The notes under the pieces were generated by a model, which had not been told where the DNA came from, did not search any database, and saw only the letters and a list, made by a program, of their open reading frames with translations. A stretch of 37,631 nucleotides of DNA from IMG/VR virus record IMGVR_UViG_3300005611_000082, positions 1-37,631 of that record; one strand, written 5' to 3'. This stretch comes from a virus (taxonomy: Duplodnaviria > Caudoviricetes). This document shows positions 1-9,150 of this stretch, piece by piece. A program made the translations under genes and the position numbers. How positions within the stretch are numbered: the stretch's first letter is position 1; each line of letters starts with the position of its first letter.

Positions 1-90
1 AATTTAACCTTTGAGACAATCAGCGCGGCTATATTCGGCGCGGTTATTTTTGGCGGTTTTGTCGCTGTAGTTTTTACAATTTTATTTTAA
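1..90 (+). CDS. 3' part of the junction-spanning 35-aa membrane protein (...NLTFETISAAIFGAVIFGGFVAVVFTILF*)
   Basis: Open frame from base 1 to TAA at 88-90; hydrophobic C-terminal helix. Confidence 0.75.
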   Translation, partial: NLTFETISAAIFGAVIFGGFVAVVFTILF

Positions 91-116
91 CTATTAATTT
101 CTAAATTCAATTTACT

Positions 117-575
117 ATGTATTATTCAGACCAATCTTTATTCGGCGTTACACTAATTAGAATTAAAAACGACGTGAATGGAAACCCTCGTTACCTAATT
201 GATCCATTAGACCTCGCGAGGATATACGAAATTGGAGCGCATATAGCTAAAAAAATGGGCGCTACTAAATTTAGAGGGAAAGGAATGTTTAAAGGTTTCT
301 ATGTTATAGGGGGCTCACTTGCCTACAAAGGGGAAAAAGAAATAATACGAGATATTATTACGGCGTCGCTAATTTTAGAAAAAAAGGAAATATTTGCACT
401 TGAGAGGCACAGATACGCCCCTGAGTTAAACAAATTACATACATACGACGGCGACGAATTTCGCGTACCTCAAGCGACTAATTTTGCAGAAGCTAAACAA
501 ATTGCGACCGAATTGCATGCGGTTAACTTTGCAACCTTTGAGGATATCGATTACTTAATTCAAAACATATACTAA
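117..575 (+). CDS. Hypothetical early phage protein
   Basis: 152-aa ORF with A/T-rich start; contains a DVNGNPRY motif that I recall from other phage early proteins. Confidence 0.75.
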   Translation: MYYSDQSLFGVTLIRIKNDVNGNPRYLIDPLDLARIYEIGAHIAKKMGATKFRGKGMFKGFYVIGGSLAYKGEKEIIRDIITASLILEKKEIFALERHRYAPELNKLHTYDGDEFRVPQATNFAEAKQIATELHAVNFATFEDIDYLIQNIY

Positions 576-576
576 G

Positions 577-840
577 ATGATTACCAAAGATAATTTTAAG
601 CAATTGATACAGCCCGCTATAGATACGCTAACCTTTGAGGAAGTGTACAATTTAGATAATTGCTTATATGTATTAATTGAATTACATATATTCAATTCAG
701 GCGGATATGTATCTATAGAAACCTTTAACGAATATAGCCCGAGCAAAGAAAGGTACGCCGCCGAAACTGGAAATTTATATTTACCTATTGAGGATTTTAT
801 AGACCTTTGCGAGCAATTTGGGATTGATCTCAATCCATAG
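577..840 (+). CDS. Hypothetical acidic protein
   Basis: 87-aa ORF 1 nt after the previous stop, followed by a terminator. Confidence 0.75.
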   Translation: MITKDNFKQLIQPAIDTLTFEEVYNLDNCLYVLIELHIFNSGGYVSIETFNEYSPSKERYAAETGNLYLPIEDFIDLCEQFGIDLNP

Positions 841-873
841 GAAAGGAAAGGAAAGGAATAATTTAGCCACCTC

Positions 874-903
874 ACGCCCTCTATTAATAGGGGGCGTTTT
901 TTT
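874..903 (+). terminator. Rho-independent terminator ending the junction-island operon
   Basis: ACGCCCTCTA-TTAA-TAGGGGGCGT stem followed by a T-run. Confidence 0.85.
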
Positions 904-930
904 ATATCTATACTTTTTGATCTACAGCCA

Positions 931-938
931 CAAAGATA
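931..938 (-). promoter_or_regulatory. Possible Bacteroidota sigma-A -7 element (TATCTTTG) pointing antisense into the early genes
   Basis: Matches TAnnTTTG, is intergenic, and has a TATCTTTGTGGC context like the sites at 26836 and 31294. Confidence 0.35.
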
Positions 939-1128
939 AATACCTGGGAAACATCTAATTTAAGACTGTTTTTAGCCCCTTTGAGGGGCTTTCTTATTTC
1001 TGTAGTATATTGATACTACAAAGGGCGGAAACGGTCTGTGTAGTCCTTATTTGAAGGGACGGAAAACGGAGAGGGGAGGGCGCAATTAGGCTTTATTGCG
1101 GGCGCGGTGGATGTAAAAACAAGTCCCT

Positions 1129-1159
1129 TTGCTATTATATATATACTATATAATAGCAA
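1129..1159. repeat. Perfect 13-bp inverted repeat
   Basis: TTGCTATTATATA-N5-TATATAATAGCAA. Confidence 0.85.
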
Positions 1160-1192
1160 CCTATGTCGTATTGCGTAATGCGGTTTGGAATA

Positions 1193-1208
1193 TCGTATAT
1201 CAGCTTAA
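1193..1208 (+). promoter_or_regulatory. Putative late promoter (TCGTATAT-N7-A)
   Basis: Recurrent motif directly ahead of the first gene of the + arm. Confidence 0.6.
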
Positions 1209-1217
1209 AACGATAAT

Positions 1218-1421
1218 ATGGCAGAGCAAGAGGAAGTATTCGTAGACTTTAGAATCCAGTATGACGGCAAGTCATCTGAGGGAGTATGGGCTTTAGAGCA
1301 TGGCAATGAGGAGGAGTTGATTGATGTAATGGCATTCTTCTATGCTCAGTCGGAAGAGTTTAGGTATATCCTTGAAGGGGCGCGGTCTTCTGGTCGGGCG
1401 TTGTTTATCCAAATGAATTGA
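1218..1421 (+). CDS. Hypothetical acidic protein
   Basis: 67-aa ORF after the late motif. Confidence 0.7.
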   Translation: MAEQEEVFVDFRIQYDGKSSEGVWALEHGNEEELIDVMAFFYAQSEEFRYILEGARSSGRALFIQMN

Positions 1422-1422
1422 T

Positions 1423-1842
1423 ATGACAGAATTAGAGAAGTTAGTTCTTGCTTTAAGCGAGACTCGGTTTGCAGTTAGTGAGCCGTTGAGGAGTCAGATG
1501 TTCGAGCAGCACAATGCTTGGCTGAAGGACAATGGTCGGTTTATCCGCAGGTGGGAGAATGTAAAGAGTCGGTGTGGTACTTGCATTAGGCGGACACAGA
1601 CGAATTTACTGAAGCATTACTATGATGTGGTGTGGGATGAAAGTAGTAGCTTGGAGGTAAGGGTTATAGATTCGCAAGATGGGAGACCTGTGTTTAAGAA
1701 GAAGGCGGTATTGCCTCGTGTAGGACATGAGGTGGAGTCTCAGGAGGTAGAGACCAACGGAAGCGAAGCGAACGTTAAGCAACCCCCTAAGAAGGAATCA
1801 GCTCCAAAGAAGAGAAGGGGTAGACCAAAGAAGTCTAAGTGA
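1423..1842 (+). CDS. Hypothetical protein with CxxC and a C-terminal basic KKRRGRPKK (AT-hook-like) tail
   Basis: CGTC motif and RGRP; lies upstream of the terminase genes. Confidence 0.7.
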   Translation: MTELEKLVLALSETRFAVSEPLRSQMFEQHNAWLKDNGRFIRRWENVKSRCGTCIRRTQTNLLKHYYDVVWDESSSLEVRVIDSQDGRPVFKKKAVLPRVGHEVESQEVETNGSEANVKQPPKKESAPKKRRGRPKKSK

Positions 1843-2354
1843 TGAGTAGACCGAAGAAAGAGGACATGGTTAAGTATTCTTACTGGGAGGTAACTCCTTT
1901 GCAGAGCGACTTCTTGAATGAGTTGATACTGACGGGCAGTGTGAAGTTAGCTTGTCAGAATAGCGGGATGCGGTATGAGGATTACAAGCGGACTCTGAAC
2001 TCTGAGAACAGTACGTTTGTAAAGGCGTATGAGTATACGTTGAAGAAGTTAGATGACAACTTTGATTACTCTCGGTATCGGAACTTAAATGACTTGCACG
2101 AGGTTAGGGAGAAACTGTTAGCGGAGATGAATAGTCCTGAGGCAGACCCTGATAAGCTGGTTCACTTGGTGAATGCTACGGTGAAGGTGATTGACCAGAT
2201 GAACAAGATGGTAGAGGGCAATTTGGCTGCTTCTAAGAAGATAACGGAGAACCGCAACCTGAAGCTAACGGCAGCTATTGATTTGACTAAGAGCCGTAGG
2301 GAGAATGGCATCATAGATGTCCATGCAGATGATATAGAGGAGATAGAGGATTAA
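1839..2354 (+). CDS. terS: Probable terminase small subunit
   Basis: Position directly before TerL, size, N-terminal HTH-like segment (GSVKLACQNSGM) and helical body; start may be the ATG at 1842. Confidence 0.55.
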   Translation: MMSRPKKEDMVKYSYWEVTPLQSDFLNELILTGSVKLACQNSGMRYEDYKRTLNSENSTFVKAYEYTLKKLDDNFDYSRYRNLNDLHEVREKLLAEMNSPEADPDKLVHLVNATVKVIDQMNKMVEGNLAASKKITENRNLKLTAAIDLTKSRRENGIIDVHADDIEEIED

Positions 2355-2422
2355 GGTTGAATACATATGATATCAGATGATATACTATATAGGAAGTATA
2401 TATGGTTTAAAGGGACAAATAT

Positions 2423-3691
2423 ATGAGCAAGGTAGTTAGTGTCACTTTATACCATCCGACTAAACCGCAGATAGACGCTTTAGAGATTATCAATAGCGAT
2501 GATGCTCCTATGGTTACGCTGTTGGCTTATGGTCGGCAGGTAGGTAAGTCGTTTATGATGATGATGGATGCTTTTAGCTACTGCATGAATCGGAGCAAGG
2601 CTAAGGTGTTATGGGTCAGCCCTATCTTAGACCAAGCGTTGAAGGTACAGCAACAGATAGAGGAATACTTCGAGGAGTATCCTGAAATCTTCACTCAGAT
2701 AGTCAAGAAGTTCGATAGGAAGTACAACAACATCTTCTTCCATAACGGGAGTGTGATGCGGTTTCGGAGTGCGGACTCAGGGGATAATTTGAGGGGTATG
2801 ACTCAGGATAGGATATATATTGACGAGGCTGCTTTTACCAAGGAGAGCTTCATTCAGGAGGTCTTATTTCCGATGGTTACAAGGACGAATGGTAGGATTA
2901 TAATGGCTTCTACGTTCAATGGTAAGAATTGGTATTGGGATTGGTATAAGCGGGGTTTAGAGGTTGGTAATAGAGATTCCATTCGGAGCATCAAGCGGAC
3001 TTATATGGACTTGGATGACCCTCAGGTAACGAAGGTGGTAGAGGCGAATCGCAAGAATATGACGAAGGTTCAGTTCAGTCAGGAGTACCTGTGTGAGCCT
3101 GTGGCGAGTCATGCGTTATTCTCAGGGATAGATTTTGCCATACAGAGAACACCAATAAACAACCCCAACAAGAGGTTATTCATCGGAATGGATATCGGTA
3201 TCAGTCAGGATTATACGGTACTTACTTGTATAGACGAGGACTATAATGTAGTGGATATAGATAGATTCCATTACCGCAATTCGGAGATGAAGTATGATGA
3301 GTTCAAGCAGAGGTTGATTAACTTCGTGTATAAGCACTACGAGTGGTTACAGGCGGGTTACTTCGAGATGAACAACAACGAGTTGCTATTTGATGAGTTG
3401 ATGGCGGATGAGAAGTTCGCTTCTAAGGTGGAGTCTATCTTGGTTACGCCTACGAGCAAGCCAAGGATAGTAGACAACTTGATTCTGCTGTTTGAGCAAC
3501 GCAGGATTACGATTCCTGATGAAAAGAATCTGATAGCAGAGTTGTATGACTATGGTGGCAAGAAGACCAGAACAGGGATTATTTCATATAGCAATACATA
3601 TGGCAAGCACGATGACATGGTGATGAGTCTTGCTCACGCTGCGTATTGTGCGTTCAATGAAATGGATGGAGGACATACATCATGGGTTTAA
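2423..3691 (+). CDS. terL: Terminase large subunit (Terminase_6-type ATPase + RNase H-like nuclease)
   Basis: Walker A GRQVGKS, NLRG, Walker B IYIDEAAF, ST coupling motif, nuclease motifs GMDIG and HDDMVMS. Confidence 0.96.
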   Translation: MSKVVSVTLYHPTKPQIDALEIINSDDAPMVTLLAYGRQVGKSFMMMMDAFSYCMNRSKAKVLWVSPILDQALKVQQQIEEYFEEYPEIFTQIVKKFDRKYNNIFFHNGSVMRFRSADSGDNLRGMTQDRIYIDEAAFTKESFIQEVLFPMVTRTNGRIIMASTFNGKNWYWDWYKRGLEVGNRDSIRSIKRTYMDLDDPQVTKVVEANRKNMTKVQFSQEYLCEPVASHALFSGIDFAIQRTPINNPNKRLFIGMDIGISQDYTVLTCIDEDYNVVDIDRFHYRNSEMKYDEFKQRLINFVYKHYEWLQAGYFEMNNNELLFDELMADEKFASKVESILVTPTSKPRIVDNLILLFEQRRITIPDEKNLIAELYDYGGKKTRTGIISYSNTYGKHDDMVMSLAHAAYCAFNEMDGGHTSWV

Positions 3692-4395
3692 TCACCGTTA
3701 ATGAGTGGTTCAAGATACAAGACCACCTCGAGGATATCGATTTAGAGCGATTACAGCAACTTTTAGGCTTGGGTAAGGTAGATAGCCTACGAAAGTACAA
3801 AAGTCTCTTAGAGACGCTTAAAATGCTTCAGACGGGGTCTTTTAGCATCGAGCCTATGACAAGTCGGTATAAATACTACAATGATATAGAGGAGATGACC
3901 TTTGCCCAGTTCATATCTATCGAGAGTACATTGCAGAATGTGAGGGATATGAGAGCGGTCTATGTGTTGATTTGTAGTGAGTTGTTAAGACCTTTGTCGG
4001 AGAAGGAGTATGACAATGAGGATGAGTTGAGGAATATGGCGCATAGGGAGGCTATTGGTGATGAGCCTATTCCGTATATCTTTCGGCTGTTTGATGACTT
4101 TATGAAGGCGCGAGCGGACTTCCATTTCAAGAAGTACAGGGATGTGTTTATCTATGAGTCGGATGGCAGTGATGATGGAGGCTATGACTCGGCTACTGCT
4201 TTTTACCGCAACTGGCACTGGTACGGCTATGTGAGGGAGTTGAGTGGTGAGGACATATCGAGGTATGAGCAGACGATGCTGATGCCTATGAAGATGATTG
4301 CTCCTGAGATAAGCTATCGACAGGGCTTGGCTAAGGTCGAGAAGCAGAGAATGGCGGAGCAACAGGCTATATCTAAAGCAAAGATGAGACGCTAA
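3682..4395 (+). CDS. Virion-module protein, possible tail assembly chaperone
   Basis: FAQFISIE and WHWY..L...DI pattern; position after TerL and before the tail genes. Confidence 0.5.
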   Translation: MGLITVNEWFKIQDHLEDIDLERLQQLLGLGKVDSLRKYKSLLETLKMLQTGSFSIEPMTSRYKYYNDIEEMTFAQFISIESTLQNVRDMRAVYVLICSELLRPLSEKEYDNEDELRNMAHREAIGDEPIPYIFRLFDDFMKARADFHFKKYRDVFIYESDGSDDGGYDSATAFYRNWHWYGYVRELSGEDISRYEQTMLMPMKMIAPEISYRQGLAKVEKQRMAEQQAISKAKMRR

Positions 4396-4405
4396 ACACC
4401 CCAAC

Positions 4406-4425
4406 TAATTCGTATATCAAGGGTA
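4406..4425 (+). promoter_or_regulatory. Putative late promoter TAATTCGTATATCAAGGGTA
   Basis: Intergenic copy of the recurrent motif; overlaps a small AAGGGTA/TACCCTT hairpin. Confidence 0.65.
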
Positions 4426-4442
4426 GGTAAAATACCCTTTCT

Positions 4443-4874
4443 ATGAATGAGTTAAGCCACCTTGCTAAATCTATTAAAAACTTTTGCGAATCCCATACCA
4501 TGGTAGAGAGCTTCGTCTATGTAGACGATGTATCTCGGATTCCTGAGTTAGGGGAGGCATTCAGAAGAGTTATTTTATTCCCTCTGACCTTTGAGATAAA
4601 CAACGACACCTATGTGGTGAGCTTTGGAATGGTGGTGCAGGATAAGGTTAGAGGATTAGACTTCACTGCGCATATCAAGTCGCAGGAGGCAAATATGTAT
4701 ATCATAGGAGAGATTGAGGAGTACCTCTATCAGATAGATAACGACATTACCATTACCGATACAGAGTTTGTTCCTAACGAGCAGAATGATGCTGGGGAGA
4801 ATCTAACTGCTGCGGTAGCTACTGTTAATGCTCAGTTCCATAGATACCGATATACAGATTTAGCCACTGAGTAA
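4443..4874 (+). CDS. Putative tail terminator/completion protein
   Basis: 143 aa, alpha-beta pattern and position upstream of the tape measure gene. Confidence 0.5.
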   Translation: MNELSHLAKSIKNFCESHTMVESFVYVDDVSRIPELGEAFRRVILFPLTFEINNDTYVVSFGMVVQDKVRGLDFTAHIKSQEANMYIIGEIEEYLYQIDNDITITDTEFVPNEQNDAGENLTAAVATVNAQFHRYRYTDLATE

Positions 4875-5455
4875 TGAGGGTCAGACAATTTAACAAAGAC
4901 ACCGTACTAAGAAGCATTGCTGCTTCCTCCAATACGCTATTCAGGAAAAAGATAGCTGCTTTCAACCTCGCTAACAATATGTACGAGGCATTGGAGTATT
5001 ATGGTCATTACGCTACTGGCAAGTTAAAGAACTCGATTAGGGTTAGAGCGGGAGTAAGGAAGTTTAGTAAGGGATTTAACTCTGTATCCAATACCTACCC
5101 CTTAAATGTCAAGATGGCGGGATATGGTGAGGACTTAGATAAAGGGTTCAAGGTAGAGGGAAAAACGTTCGGAGAGCATTACAAGGCTATTATGCGTTGG
5201 GCTAAGGCTAAACAGTCAGTACCTTCTGACCCTGTCTTTGTAGGGAAGGTTACTTCCAGTCATATCGGAGGAAAGGAAATCGGAGGGACAGGATGGTTTG
5301 AGGGAGTATTCAGAAAGGAAAGCGCAGTAAGAAGGTTTATTGACGAAGATAGTTATGATTACTTCAGCGTACAAGAAATAGCAGACCCAACAGGAGAGGC
5401 TGTTTGGAGAGAAATATACAGGGCATTCCCTAAAGTAATAGGCATTACAAAATGA
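4874..5455 (+). CDS. Putative neck/tail completion protein (HK97 gp10-like)
   Basis: Basic protein with an ATGKLKNSI motif; position before the tape measure gene. Confidence 0.5.
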   Translation: MRVRQFNKDTVLRSIAASSNTLFRKKIAAFNLANNMYEALEYYGHYATGKLKNSIRVRAGVRKFSKGFNSVSNTYPLNVKMAGYGEDLDKGFKVEGKTFGEHYKAIMRWAKAKQSVPSDPVFVGKVTSSHIGGKEIGGTGWFEGVFRKESAVRRFIDEDSYDYFSVQEIADPTGEAVWREIYRAFPKVIGITK

Positions 5456-8430
5456 ACACAGCACATAAGATTATAAACGTAGTTGTTAAGTTTACGCAAC
5501 AGGGGTTGGAGAATATCCAAACTCAGATAAACAACTTAAACAACACTACAAAGGACTTCAACAAAAGCGCAAAGGATGCGTCTAAGAATAGTAAAGGCTT
5601 AGGAGACGAGATTAAGAAGACAGGCAATGCCGCCAATAATGCAGGCAAGCAGACAGAAGGGGCTTCTAAGTCTACTCGTTCGTTTGCATCAAGTGTAGGT
5701 AGGGCGATAAACATTGTCGCTCAGTTTACCATTGCGATGTACGCAGTACAAGCTGTACAGAAGGTGTTTAGCTTCTTTACCATAGATGCAGCAAGAGCGG
5801 CTATGGAGTTTGAGTCATCTTTAAAATCTCTTCAAGCTATCGCAGATGTATCATCGCAAGACTTAGAAACATTTAAGAACGTTATATTTGATGTAGCAGG
5901 TACTACTCGATTCACAGCATCTGAAATTGCTGAGCTACAAAAAGAACTATCTCGATTAGGATTTACTACCAAAGAGGTAGTAGACTCTACTGAGGCAGTG
6001 GCTCGTTTTGCAGAGGCTATTGGCTCTGACTTAGGTGCTGCTGCCCAGTTTGTAGGTAAGCAGTTACAGGCATTCGGCTTAAACGCTTCTTCAGCATTTG
6101 AGGTTACAAACTCGTTTACTGCTCTAATAAACAACTCTGCGTTGTCTATGGAGACTTTAGCTACATCTATGCAGTACGCATCGTCTATCGCGTCTACGTT
6201 AGGTGTTTCTATTGACGAGACAGGGGCGTTGCTTGGAGTTCTTACCAATAATGGTATTACAGCATCAAGAGCTGGTACAGGTCTTCGGCAGATATTCCTC
6301 GAACTTGGAGCTGACGGAGGAACTCTTCTTAAGACGCTTGATGATTTGGCTGAGCAGAATATTACGTTATCTGAAGCTGAAGAGTTGGTAGGTAAAAGAG
6401 CGGCTGGTGCTTTATCTGTGCTTGTAGACCAGAGAAAGGAAATAGGAAAATTGATAGACGCTCAAGAGAGCCTTGTGGCTGCGACTATTGCTTCTGCAAG
6501 GCAAAACTCCACATTTGAAGGTCAGGTCAAAGGGTTAAATGCAGCAATTGATAGCATACTTATAAGCCTTGGTAGCTGGATTTCAAGGACTAAGATAGTT
6601 ATAGGTTTAATTGAATTATTAGGGGGCGGGACTACTTATAGGGCTTTTAACGTTATTGACGAATTAGGGTTAAGTTCGCAAGAGTTAAAAACGGCTTCGA
6701 AAAATGTAGAGTCGCTTGAAAAAATACTATACGATACACAGAACACTTCGGCAAGTCTTGCTCAAGTATTAGAGAGAGCAAACTTAGAGGAGATATTTGG
6801 TGTTTCGAGCGAAAGAGCTGCTGTACTTGCTAAGTCGTTGTTAGAGTCCGCTGGAAATGCTAATGATTTTAACGCTATGTTAGGATATCTGAGGGAGATG
6901 AATGCTCAAATACAACAAACAGAGAAAGCTACTTCATACGCATCAGCTGCAACCAAAGTATATACAGACCAAGTAGACGAACTCTCTCAAAAAGCATTAA
7001 AAGGGGTTGACATAGATAAAGAAAGGGATTCTTTGCTTAAACAAATAGCCAACGCTCAAGATGTTGTAACTAAAAAATTAGCCGATTCATCTGGCTTAAC
7101 GGAACAGGAAATACTTAACCTTGAAAAACTTGATGAGTCTTATGGTCAATTATTGAATAGGCTTAGAAATATATCCTTTGAGCCAAAAAATAATACAGAA
7201 GAGACCATTAAGGGATTTAGGGAGCTATACGAGATGCAAAGAAAATTAATGCAGGCAACTGAAGAAGGCGATATACCATTAGCAGAAAGATTATCTGCGG
7301 AATATCAAGAGGCATTGCAAGTATTACAAGCATCTGGGCTTCTTGGCGAGTATCAAAAGTTCGTTCAGAGACTTCTGACTGGCGATTTGGAATTTGGCGG
7401 AGCGAGTCAAGAGTTGCTTGCTAAAGAAATAGAAAATTCATTTAGGTCTACTGCATCATACTTGGAAGACCAAATAAAATCAGGCAACATAACGATGGGT
7501 GCGGCATCAAGTTTTTTCTATGACGAAATGGAGAAAGCGATTTTGTTAATAGATGACCCAGTTCTAAGGGCTGAATTAGAAAAAGTAATCGCTAACCTTT
7601 TCCCAGAGGTAAAGCCTGAAGATGTAGGCAAAAGTGAAGAAGAGCGTAAAAAAGCAATAAAAAAACTTATAGTAGACCAATCAAGAGAGATAGCCGAAGC
7701 AGGAGCTGATGCTGCATTTGATGCAACGCAGAGAAGGCTTCAGGCAGAACAAGAGGCGGTAGATGCTCGATACAGCTACGAGGAAGATAGGCTTCAATCC
7801 TTAGTAAATAACAACCTCATCACTCAAGCAGAATACGAGCGCAAGAGAGAGCAGTTGGAGCGTGAGCGCATTCAGAAGACAAACGAGATTGAGAAGAAGC
7901 AGTTCGAGTCCGACAAGGCAAGAGCATTAGTAGACTTAGCAATAGACACAGCAATAGCTATATCTTCGAGGGGGTTTGAACCGATTCAATCTGCAATCAT
8001 ATTAGCAGCCTCTGCTGTGCAAGCAGGAATCATCTCAGCACAGAAGTTCATACCTGTCCAGTTCGAGGAAGGGGGTATGGTTCAAGGGCGTAGCCATAGA
8101 GAAGGCGGAGTACCATTCACCGTTCAGGGAGTAGGAGGATACGAGATGGAAGGCGGAGAGTACATCGTGAACAAGAAGGCTACGGCTAAATACCTACCCA
8201 TGTTGGAGCAGATTAACTCCTACGGAAGGGTAAACAACTCTATGTTTAAGCACTTCGCTAACGGAGGCTTAACAGGCATGGAAGGGGCTATGGGAATGGG
8301 TGAGTCTGCTCGCATCAATGCAATGCTGTTGCAACGCCTTAACCAACCAATTAGAGCTTATGTATCAGAGCGTGAGTTGATGACTAAGTCCAACGAGCGT
8401 ATTAATCAAAAAATGAAATCCAGATTGTAA
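5452..8430 (+). CDS. Tail tape measure protein
   Basis: 992 aa, Ala-rich helical; PhageMin_Tail-type segment (TRFTASEIAE..LSRLGF, AGTGLR); C-terminal FEEGG..GRSH..GG and EGGEYIVN motifs. Confidence 0.93.
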   Translation: MNTAHKIINVVVKFTQQGLENIQTQINNLNNTTKDFNKSAKDASKNSKGLGDEIKKTGNAANNAGKQTEGASKSTRSFASSVGRAINIVAQFTIAMYAVQAVQKVFSFFTIDAARAAMEFESSLKSLQAIADVSSQDLETFKNVIFDVAGTTRFTASEIAELQKELSRLGFTTKEVVDSTEAVARFAEAIGSDLGAAAQFVGKQLQAFGLNASSAFEVTNSFTALINNSALSMETLATSMQYASSIASTLGVSIDETGALLGVLTNNGITASRAGTGLRQIFLELGADGGTLLKTLDDLAEQNITLSEAEELVGKRAAGALSVLVDQRKEIGKLIDAQESLVAATIASARQNSTFEGQVKGLNAAIDSILISLGSWISRTKIVIGLIELLGGGTTYRAFNVIDELGLSSQELKTASKNVESLEKILYDTQNTSASLAQVLERANLEEIFGVSSERAAVLAKSLLESAGNANDFNAMLGYLREMNAQIQQTEKATSYASAATKVYTDQVDELSQKALKGVDIDKERDSLLKQIANAQDVVTKKLADSSGLTEQEILNLEKLDESYGQLLNRLRNISFEPKNNTEETIKGFRELYEMQRKLMQATEEGDIPLAERLSAEYQEALQVLQASGLLGEYQKFVQRLLTGDLEFGGASQELLAKEIENSFRSTASYLEDQIKSGNITMGAASSFFYDEMEKAILLIDDPVLRAELEKVIANLFPEVKPEDVGKSEEERKKAIKKLIVDQSREIAEAGADAAFDATQRRLQAEQEAVDARYSYEEDRLQSLVNNNLITQAEYERKREQLERERIQKTNEIEKKQFESDKARALVDLAIDTAIAISSRGFEPIQSAIILAASAVQAGIISAQKFIPVQFEEGGMVQGRSHREGGVPFTVQGVGGYEMEGGEYIVNKKATAKYLPMLEQINSYGRVNNSMFKHFANGGLTGMEGAMGMGESARINAMLLQRLNQPIRAYVSERELMTKSNERINQKMKSRL

Positions 8431-9149
8431 TGGCTTTAGAAAGACAATCACTTTACTTTAATGTTCTGTATCGGTCAGAGATAGACGAGTTTACAGATAA
8501 TTCAGGGACTGGAGACATAGTAAAGGGCAATTTAGAGCCCGTGCTTTCTTCAGGGACAGGGGCGACTGCTCCTTTTGTTCTTAAGGCAGGAGACTTTGTT
8601 GTCATTAAAAACATCATTGGAATCGTTACCTCTTCAGGAGTGGATGTCGTAGATGGAGGATTTGACATCGTTTACGACAAGGTGCAAAATGCATTGGGCT
8701 TGGATTACGGAATACCTGAGGTTGGAGATGAGGTTATCGCCATTCAATACAATGACGACTTAACCGATTACGATACCCTATTCACCAGCTCTTACTACTC
8801 GACTTCAGGCTATACATTGGTCAACCAGCCTAACTTAGATATTACTTGCCAGAGACGTCTTGTAACAGAGCACGCCTACTACGGCAATTCGTATATAAGC
8901 TATAACACAGAGACTGACGAATTTGTCGATGTTTATACCACCAATAGATTTCAATATGAGCGACTTGGATTCTCGAACAACGGACAGTATCAGTTTCAAA
9001 GATTGCTTTCGCAAGCTCCTGCGCTTATCATTGCAGACTGCTCAGACCCTTCTTCGTTTTCTGAAAAGGTCGTATTCGACAGCCAAGCGAATGTATCATA
9101 CAACAATGGGCGTTTAATGCCCTCCTACTCATTAAGGGTTATAAATTAA
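8430..9149 (+). CDS. Tail tip protein (distal-tail position)
   Basis: Beta-rich ORF directly after the tape measure gene. Confidence 0.5.
   Translation: MALERQSLYFNVLYRSEIDEFTDNSGTGDIVKGNLEPVLSSGTGATAPFVLKAGDFVVIKNIIGIVTSSGVDVVDGGFDIVYDKVQNALGLDYGIPEVGDEVIAIQYNDDLTDYDTLFTSSYYSTSGYTLVNQPNLDITCQRRLVTEHAYYGNSYISYNTETDEFVDVYTTNRFQYERLGFSNNGQYQFQRLLSQAPALIIADCSDPSSFSEKVVFDSQANVSYNNGRLMPSYSLRVIN
8887..8904 (+). promoter_or_regulatory. Intragenic copy of the late promoter motif
   Basis: AATTCGTATATAAGCTATA; A at +8 as in the other copies; ~250 nt ahead of the 9151 gene. Confidence 0.4.
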
Positions 9150-9150
9150 A

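Noticed and set aside
3682-5455. Tail chaperone programmed frameshift before the tape measure gene
   Set aside because: No G/GT-like overlapping ORF pair or convincing slippery heptamer seen
6440-7700. A-richer middle of the tape measure gene suggesting mosaicism
   Set aside because: Impression only; cannot be quantified or separated from amino-acid composition effects here
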